Assembly: GCA_963842455.1 (NCBI GenBank) | Contig: CAWJHE010000009.1 | Coordinates: forward strand, 18,485-82,484 | Source of the DNA: an uncultured Chloroflexia bacterium | GTDB lineage: Bacteria; Chloroflexota; Anaerolineae; Anaerolineales; UBA4823 | Direction of reading: 5' to 3' | DNA: 64,000 nt | In this document: positions 58,431 to 64,000 of the stretch, in pieces | How positions within the stretch are numbered: the stretch's first letter is position 1 | How the letters are laid out: each line of letters opens with the position of its first letter | Position numbers and translations under genes: made by a program | The notes under the pieces: model-generated | The model's input: only the letters and a program-made list of their open reading frames with translations | Told to the model about the DNA's origin: nothing | The model's database searches: none

Positions 58431-59405
58431 TCAAATCACCCCATAAGATAAACCCAGCTCACGCAACCAACGCCGATAGGCAATTGCCAGTCGATCAGAG
58501 CGCAAGTGTAACTCGGCTTGTAGGTCCAAAGGCAGCAATTCCGGGCGCTGTGATTCGACAATCGGTACATCCTGAGAAAAAATCTTGCGTTGGAAATCAT
58601 CCCAGTCTGCTTCAGTGATCTGAATCAGCTGGTTAATCGCACCATAAAACCAGGCGCTGGTCAGCAATTCTTCATGCGGAGTCAGAGTTAGCATTAAAGA
58701 CAGCCGCGAACCGTCTGGAGCTTCTTTTGACAGGTAAGCTGTCAGCGGCCGAAAAACACGATAGGTATAGCGCACCGTCTCACCACTACCAGTGCCATAA
58801 GGATCCGGTTGGTAAGCCAGAATATTGTGTGCTACCAAACCCAACGCATCAGTTTCTACCTGGTAATCGGAGATTTGTGGACGGCTAACATCCCCTAAAA
58901 TCCCAGCGTGCACAAATGGAAAATGGGTTACATCCAGGAAATTTTCGGCCGCCCTCAAGCCGCTGGCACGCATGGGGGGAAATGGTCCGGTTAACAGCTT
59001 GCGAAATGAAGAATCGCCTTCTTCCGGGAAGGCTGGGATATCACTCCCTGGCTTACCCAGGCAAACCCAAACCATACCGTACTTCTCTCGAGCGTGGTAA
59101 ATGACGGCATGCGCCTTTGCTGGTGGCTTTTGTTCAGGATGCGCCGGTATGTGGATGCACTGCCCAGAACCATCGTACACCCAGCCGTGATAGGGACATG
59201 TCAAAGTATCTTCCTGCGCCTCACCCAACGATAGACGAGTGCCGCGATGTATGCAGAGATCTTTCCAGGCATGCACACCATCCACAGATCTCCACACCAC
59301 AAGATCTTCACCGAGTAGACGAACAGATTGAGGTTTTCCTTGAATCAATGCATCGCTGCGGTGAACAGGATGCCAATCGTTCAATAGAATGGGGTCTTGA
59401 ATCAT
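58431..59405 (-). CDS. Rieske [2Fe-2S] non-heme iron oxygenase (PaO/ring-hydroxylating alpha-subunit-like)
   Basis: The Rieske motif is CIHRG...(17 aa)...CPYHGW. The mononuclear iron motif is NFLDVTHFPFVH. Confidence 0.8.
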   Translation of the reverse strand: MIQDPILLNDWHPVHRSDALIQGKPQSVRLLGEDLVVWRSVDGVHAWKDLCIHRGTRLSLGEAQEDTLTCPYHGWVYDGSGQCIHIPAHPEQKPPAKAHAVIYHAREKYGMVWVCLGKPGSDIPAFPEEGDSSFRKLLTGPFPPMRASGLRAAENFLDVTHFPFVHAGILGDVSRPQISDYQVETDALGLVAHNILAYQPDPYGTGSGETVRYTYRVFRPLTAYLSKEAPDGSRLSLMLTLTPHEELLTSAWFYGAINQLIQITEADWDDFQRKIFSQDVPIVESQRPELLPLDLQAELHLRSDRLAIAYRRWLRELGLSYGVI

Positions 59406-59688
59406 CGCTACCTCCGCCCAAATAACAGGGGTGACTCAACTAAGTCAAGTTTATCATGAATTAAATAAGCGATTATCAGTCAAAGCAACTTATCTGGCCT
59501 CAAATAAACGGTCACGCCGCCGAGTCAATCTTGCTATTTTTCCTGGCATCCATTCTTTTTCAACGGCAAGAAATCAGAGCTTAGCGATTCGGGAATCGGC
59601 TATAATTAATCAAAACTTTTTGTTTTCTTTGCTATGTATTGAAATCATTACTAAAAAGCTAAATGGATTAGCGAGGGAGGCTCGCTGG

Positions 59689-60255
59689 ATGAAAGCCATA
59701 GATATCTTGAACACAGAGCACCGTATGATCGAACGATTGCTATCCGCCCTAGAAATTGGGGCTTGGATGATCTCGGTAGATGAACCCTTACAATCAGAAT
59801 TTTTCACAGAATCCACCGATTTCATTATTGGGTTTGCCGACTGTTGTCACCACAAAAAAGAAGAGGGGGTCTTGTTTACAGCTATGCGTGAGAGCGGGGA
59901 TGAGCAAGGCAATAGCATGGTAACTGCCATGATTCATGAACATGAGCTGGCTCGTTCTTATACCCATGCCCTTTGCCAGGCTGTCAATCGGATGAAAGAT
60001 GGGGATGAGAGCGCCGTTGCAGATGTGGTCTACCATTCTCGCCACTATGCCGCCCTGCTCCGTAACCATATCGCTATGGAAGACAAGTTTGTCTTTCCCT
60101 TATCATCTCAAATCATACCGCCAGAAAAGCAAGATGAAATCAATCAGATGATTGAAAAATTCAGCCAGGAAGAGAGCGCTAATGGCACTAAGGAAAGATT
60201 TCTTGCGATCATTGAGAAATTGGAAGGCCAGACCTTCATCACCCCATCGGGATAG
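59689..60255 (+). CDS. Hemerythrin-like metal-binding domain protein
   Basis: ATG 59689 is preceded by GAGGGAGG. His/Glu motifs are spaced as in hemerythrin-like domains (NTEHRMIE, CCHHKKEE, IHEHELAR, HIAMEDKFVFP). The upstream part of ORF 59431 looks non-coding. Confidence 0.7.
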   Translation: MKAIDILNTEHRMIERLLSALEIGAWMISVDEPLQSEFFTESTDFIIGFADCCHHKKEEGVLFTAMRESGDEQGNSMVTAMIHEHELARSYTHALCQAVNRMKDGDESAVADVVYHSRHYAALLRNHIAMEDKFVFPLSSQIIPPEKQDEINQMIEKFSQEESANGTKERFLAIIEKLEGQTFITPSG

Positions 60256-61687
60256 GATCATCCTTCATTAAAAGGTGCACTGCTGCCGTCCTAAAAGCCC
60301 TCGGCAATGCCAGGATGCGCGGCTGCGGGCTAGTATATTTTTGGGCATCCTGTATAGCCTCTTGAAACGTCTGGCGAGTTTTCATACCCATCTCCCTGGC
60401 ATAACCCGGCTCGTGCGCCCCCACAATATAAACAGCTGCTGCTTCAATTTCAGCGATATGCCCACAAGAGATCATCGAAAAAGCATGGTAGGGATGGTAA
60501 CCATAACGATATCGATAACGCTGGATATAATCCTCATTATGGCAGAGATGCTCTGCATATTTCTCTAAATCCGGCAAGGTTTGATGATAATGAGTATGAA
60601 ACAACTCAAAAACCTCGCGATAGGAGGGGAATTCCTCATCGTTGAAATAACCATTACAAATGGAGGCACAGATAACCACAAAGCGCTCATTCATCACCCG
60701 GCGATGCCGAATAATATTAGCCGCGATGGCTTGTTGAATCAAAATCGGGTTTGTTCCATGCCCGTTGCCATAATGAAATTCCACTGGCATACCGAACAGC
60801 ATAATATCGAATTTTTGCGTAGCCCAGGGAACATATGTACGTTGGTTGGCTTCACTCCAGGAAAGGGGTTGGATTTCTTTTCCATATCCTGAAAATATGG
60901 CGATTTGGCGCATGGATGTATCCAGAACCGCGTCGCACATAAAAAACTTGCGTCCCATCTCCTTTTCCATATGCTGACCAATTGCGTCGAATTTTTTGTG
61001 CATCAGGCTATGCGGCGAGGCCGGGATGAAATCTGGGCGGTGCATCACTGCCGGGATATGATGGGCTGCGATCGAACGCCAGTGGGTAATCCCAGTCGCT
61101 GCCATTTTATAGCCCCCGCTGTAGCCGCCATAAGGGTTGCCCAGTACATGCCCAATCAGGATAGCCAAATCCGATTCGTAGACCATACGGTTCATGATTA
61201 CCGGGTCACCCAACTCATCATAACCCAGGTCTACCAGGTTCTCCCAATCCTCCGAGTCATGGTTGATAATCTGGCGCTTCGAGGCAAAGCGCTCATAAAT
61301 TTCGTCGCCTAAAATCCGCCGGATCTCTTCTGGTGTGTTCTTGCGGTGTAGTCCATTGGAGCAGATCAGGATAATATCAGTTTCGTCAACCCCTGCCTTA
61401 ATGCACTCTTCAATCAAGATAGGGATGGCTGTTTTACGATGAGATGTTTCCTGGAAACCGCCTTTGACCCGATCGGGAAAGCTAATGCTGACTTTTGAAC
61501 CCGGTCGAACAAGCTTGTGAATAGGCGGCATCCCAATTGGATTTTGGATAGAAAGGCGGGTGGCATTTTCCAGGTCCTGCAAATAAGGGGGGTCTGCAAC
61601 AGTTTCTCCAGGAACAAAGATTTCTGCCGATTCCGGCAACTCCACATTCAATGTTCCTTGGCCGTATTCAAGCTGGACGAATTTCAT
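60239..61687 (-). CDS. LarA-like (nickel-pincer cofactor-dependent lactate racemase family, DUF2088) protein
   Basis: The N-terminus reads KFVQLEYGQGTLNVELP. ILICSNGLHR, DLAILIGHVLGNPYGGYSGGYKM (Lys in the position of the cofactor-tethering Lys of LarA, by eye) and HH motifs are present. The product is 482 aa. Confidence 0.65.
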   Translation of the reverse strand: MKFVQLEYGQGTLNVELPESAEIFVPGETVADPPYLQDLENATRLSIQNPIGMPPIHKLVRPGSKVSISFPDRVKGGFQETSHRKTAIPILIEECIKAGVDETDIILICSNGLHRKNTPEEIRRILGDEIYERFASKRQIINHDSEDWENLVDLGYDELGDPVIMNRMVYESDLAILIGHVLGNPYGGYSGGYKMAATGITHWRSIAAHHIPAVMHRPDFIPASPHSLMHKKFDAIGQHMEKEMGRKFFMCDAVLDTSMRQIAIFSGYGKEIQPLSWSEANQRTYVPWATQKFDIMLFGMPVEFHYGNGHGTNPILIQQAIAANIIRHRRVMNERFVVICASICNGYFNDEEFPSYREVFELFHTHYHQTLPDLEKYAEHLCHNEDYIQRYRYRYGYHPYHAFSMISCGHIAEIEAAAVYIVGAHEPGYAREMGMKTRQTFQEAIQDAQKYTSPQPRILALPRAFRTAAVHLLMKDDPIPMG

Positions 61688-62632
61688 GATTGCTTTCCAT
61701 TTCCATTTAAAAATTGTTCGATAATCTTCTTCAGGTCATCCACATAAAAGCCAATCTCCCCAGAAAACCTGGTGAGTGCAACCAATCCACCATTAATTGT
61801 CGAAACTCCGGCAATTGCGGCAGCGTTCTCTTCCTTCAACCCGCCACCATAAATAACAGCAGGCTCAAACCCTACCTGCTCCGAAACAATTTTTTTAATA
61901 TAAGCAGATACAAAGGCAATATATTCAGCACCGGGGGGTATCTTGCCGGGTCCAATCGCCCAAACAGGTTCATACCCAATGACAATCTTCCTTCTTTGGA
62001 AATGTCTCATTGTAGGAATGCAAATTGGAAAGCAATTGTTTCTCAAGCACGTTTTGAATGCGCGGCTTTTGTTCTGCAAAATCGCCATCGCCGCGTTCTG
62101 CCGCTGTTTCTCCCACGCATAACAGGACATCCAGGTTAGCATTAAGTGCACAGAATACTTCATCCCGAATCAAACGATTAATCGCATCCTGAGCCAAAGA
62201 GTGTTTAGCCAAATCTTCGCCCACACCCGGGTCATACGCTTCAAGAACCTGCAACTTGGCACGTCGTTCTTCTGAATGCCCGATCATGGACCATTGGCAA
62301 CCCAACGCGGCCGCCGCTTTGGCAGGCAGGCTAGATGTGAAAGCGCCAAAGTTCTTGCCCTTTTCGACATCCTGCCAATGCACACCCTGGCAGCCAACCG
62401 TAATCGTGCTGGATTCTTGAGCTGGATATCCATCGAGGACACGACGGGCCGTTGAAACCAGTCCTTCGGGCAACAAAAAGTTGATATGCACACCCGGCAA
62501 TTTGCCCAATCCAAGCTCGATCGAGCTTTGGATTACACCAGTGATCCATTCTTGGGCATCATCCATAGGGCAAAGTCCCCCAACATTACGGGGGACATCA
62601 AATCTTTTTAAATTGATGAAAAAATAAGCCAT
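61684..62632 (-). CDS. Triose-phosphate isomerase-family protein (divergent), frameshifted as sequenced near 61990
   Basis: FFINLKRFDV (the usual NWK is replaced), GHSERR, the C-terminal IVIGYEPVWAIGPGK and IYGGGLK are present. ORFs 61970-62632 and 61684-62163 join at ...ETFPKK/KIVIGYEP. It overlaps the LarA-like start by 4 nt. Confidence 0.7.
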
Positions 62633-62659
62633 GGACCCCTATCCTTGAATTGAAACCGC

Positions 62660-63529
62660 TTAGAACTTTAGCGCACCTTCCATCAGCCCCTTGGTAAACC
62701 AGCGCTGCAAACCGAAATAGGCAAGAAGGGGTGGGATAAAACTGATCAGGATAGCCATGGATGCTACCGAGAAAGTCCATTCACCTGAAGCCGGGGATGG
62801 CTTGAGCAATTGGATACCGATTGACATTGGCATGGATTTTAACGTCGTGGCAAAGGTGAATGCGTATAAATACTCACCCCAAATGGGGACAAAGCTCAGA
62901 ATCGCAACAGTGACCAGCGCTGGCGCGACGAGAGGCATCATAATCTGCCAGTAGAGCCGCAAAGGAGAGCAGCCATCAACAACTGCTGCATCTTCCAGGT
63001 CCTTCGGAATTGCGCTAAATGAATTGCGCATAATGTAGAGGCTAAGCGAGAGAAACCAACCCGTGTAGGCCAGCGTTAGACCTGTGGTTGTGTCGATCAG
63101 GCGCATTTTTTGCAAAACTTCATAAAGCCCGGGGATCGACATACTTTTCGGCAAAAACATCGAAACCACTACCAGCCAAAAGAAGAAGTCCCTGCCCGGA
63201 AATTTCATACGAGCGAATACATAACCTGATATTGAGGAAATCATCAGGATGAGAAATACAGATGACCCGGTGATGATGAAGCTATTGCGATAAAACATGA
63301 TTAGCTTGGGCAGCATCTCAATCACCAGGCGTGCATTTTCGAGGGTCAATGTAGATGGAAACAACTTCATGGGAATTACATAAGTCTCTTCAACTGGTCG
63401 AAAAGCAATACTGATCAACCAAAGCAGAGGCGCCAGGCTGAAAAGCGCTATGCTTACCAAAAAAAGATGTTTCAGGAAGGTTGAAAAACGTCTAGCAAAA
63501 AATTGATAAGTCCATTTTCGAGAAAACAT
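62660..63529 (-). CDS. Carbohydrate ABC transporter permease (MalG-like)
   Basis: Six TM helices and an EAA-type loop (SAIPKDLEDAAVVDGCSPLRLYWQIMMPL) are present. Confidence 0.85.
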   Translation of the reverse strand: MFSRKWTYQFFARRFSTFLKHLFLVSIALFSLAPLLWLISIAFRPVEETYVIPMKLFPSTLTLENARLVIEMLPKLIMFYRNSFIITGSSVFLILMISSISGYVFARMKFPGRDFFFWLVVVSMFLPKSMSIPGLYEVLQKMRLIDTTTGLTLAYTGWFLSLSLYIMRNSFSAIPKDLEDAAVVDGCSPLRLYWQIMMPLVAPALVTVAILSFVPIWGEYLYAFTFATTLKSMPMSIGIQLLKPSPASGEWTFSVASMAILISFIPPLLAYFGLQRWFTKGLMEGALKF

Positions 63530-63541
63530 GATGGCATCCCC

Positions 63542-64000
63542 TTAATCTTCGTCTGGATGCATTAGCTTCCAGGCAACCACTGCGGTCAAAGCAGAAAACA
63601 GACCTAAAATAATAAACCAGGTACTGCCATATCCCATATCCCAATTGCCATCCCGGAAACTGATGTAATAGGCTTGCAACCCGTAGGTCATGGTACTCCT
63701 CACTGGTGAACCCTGAGTCATCACCAGTGGTTCTTCGACCATTCCCAATACCTGCAGCCGGAGAGTTAGGATGATCAGAAAAGTGGGTATCATCAAGGGT
63801 ATCTCAATAAAGCGGATCAGCTGCCATTCACTGGCGCCATCAATCCTGGCTGCTTCTCGAATTTCATTCGAGATATTGCCTAAACCAACCAGAAACAGGA
63901 TCATGGTGACGCCCATCAGGCGCCAGACACTCATAAAAGCCAGGGAGGCGAGCGCCGAATCTGGGTGCGCCAGCCACTTTGTCCATGGCCAAGGGATACC
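63542..64000 (-). CDS. Carbohydrate ABC transporter permease (MalF-like), partial; the N-terminus lies beyond the window
   Basis: The EAA loop is ISNEIREAARIDGASEWQLIRFIEIPL. The frame stays open to the window edge. Confidence 0.8.
   Translation of the reverse strand, partial: GIPWPWTKWLAHPDSALASLAFMSVWRLMGVTMILFLVGLGNISNEIREAARIDGASEWQLIRFIEIPLMIPTFLIILTLRLQVLGMVEEPLVMTQGSPVRSTMTYGLQAYYISFRDGNWDMGYGSTWFIILGLFSALTAVVAWKLMHPDED

Noticed and set aside
59431-59688. An N-terminal extension of the hemerythrin ORF (86 extra codons)
   Set aside because: The extension is AT-rich, has no RBS and reads as non-coding (…NQNFLFSLLCIEIITKK…). A strong GAGGGAGG precedes ATG 59689, where the hemerythrin motifs begin.
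1-64000. A search of the whole window for mobile elements, prophage, toxin-antitoxin pairs, known defence systems, and rRNA or tRNA genes
   Set aside because: I recognised no integrase, transposase, recombinase, phage structural, restriction-modification, Cas, reverse-transcriptase or nuclease-NTPase defence signature in any frame. No intergenic region is long enough or has the conserved stems of an rRNA or tRNA. This scan was done by eye and cannot exclude small or highly divergent elements.

Overview
This 64 kb window is bacterial chromosomal DNA. The protein sequences give me the impression of a Chloroflexota/Anaerolineae-like organism, which I cannot verify here. I found no rRNA, tRNA, CRISPR array, transposase, integrase or phage genes.

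Gene content, left to right:
- An Asp-box beta-propeller plus MoaD-like gene pair, bracketed by two copies of a palindrome-rich intergenic repeat.
- A YcaQ-type glycosylase and a MalT/LuxR-type regulator.
- A lower-GC block of uncharacterised membrane proteins.
- rbsK.
- A sulfate ABC-transporter locus (sbp, cysA, cysT, cysW) split by a two-component system, with CysA fused to tandem USP domains.
- DoxX, a CPBP protease and an ABC-2 exporter, followed by a V4R-PAS-GAF-GAF kinase with a NarL-type regulator.
- A P-type ATPase, tkt and tal, divergent from pgm, pgi and glgA.
- MscS plus a degenerate P-loop/wHTH protein, divergent from a tightly packed GH63-like / GT20 / GT4 / trehalose-phosphatase-like / SRPBCC cluster.
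- A 7TM kinase with a NarL-type regulator, an S1 protease and a DinB-family protein.
- An eRF1-like (baeRF-type) protein paired with a membrane coiled-coil HhH protein.
- An SLC13 permease, a Rieske oxygenase, a hemerythrin, and a LarA-like / TIM-like / sugar ABC permease cluster.

The main technical observation is that at least 13 otherwise intact genes, including tkt, tal and pgm, carry single-nucleotide frame breaks, about half of them at short homopolymers. I read these as assembly or sequencing indels rather than real pseudogenes. Three short fragments look like genuine gene remnants: a methyltransferase 3' end, a GlcE-like C-terminus and a wHTH fragment.

The best candidates for undescribed biology are the eRF1-like plus membrane HhH pair, the five-gene glycoside (compatible-solute-like) cluster, the pseudo-ATPase next to MscS, the sulfate locus with its embedded two-component system and CysA-USP fusion, and the intergenic repeat family. 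None of these is proven. All functional calls rest on reading motifs in the translations by eye.
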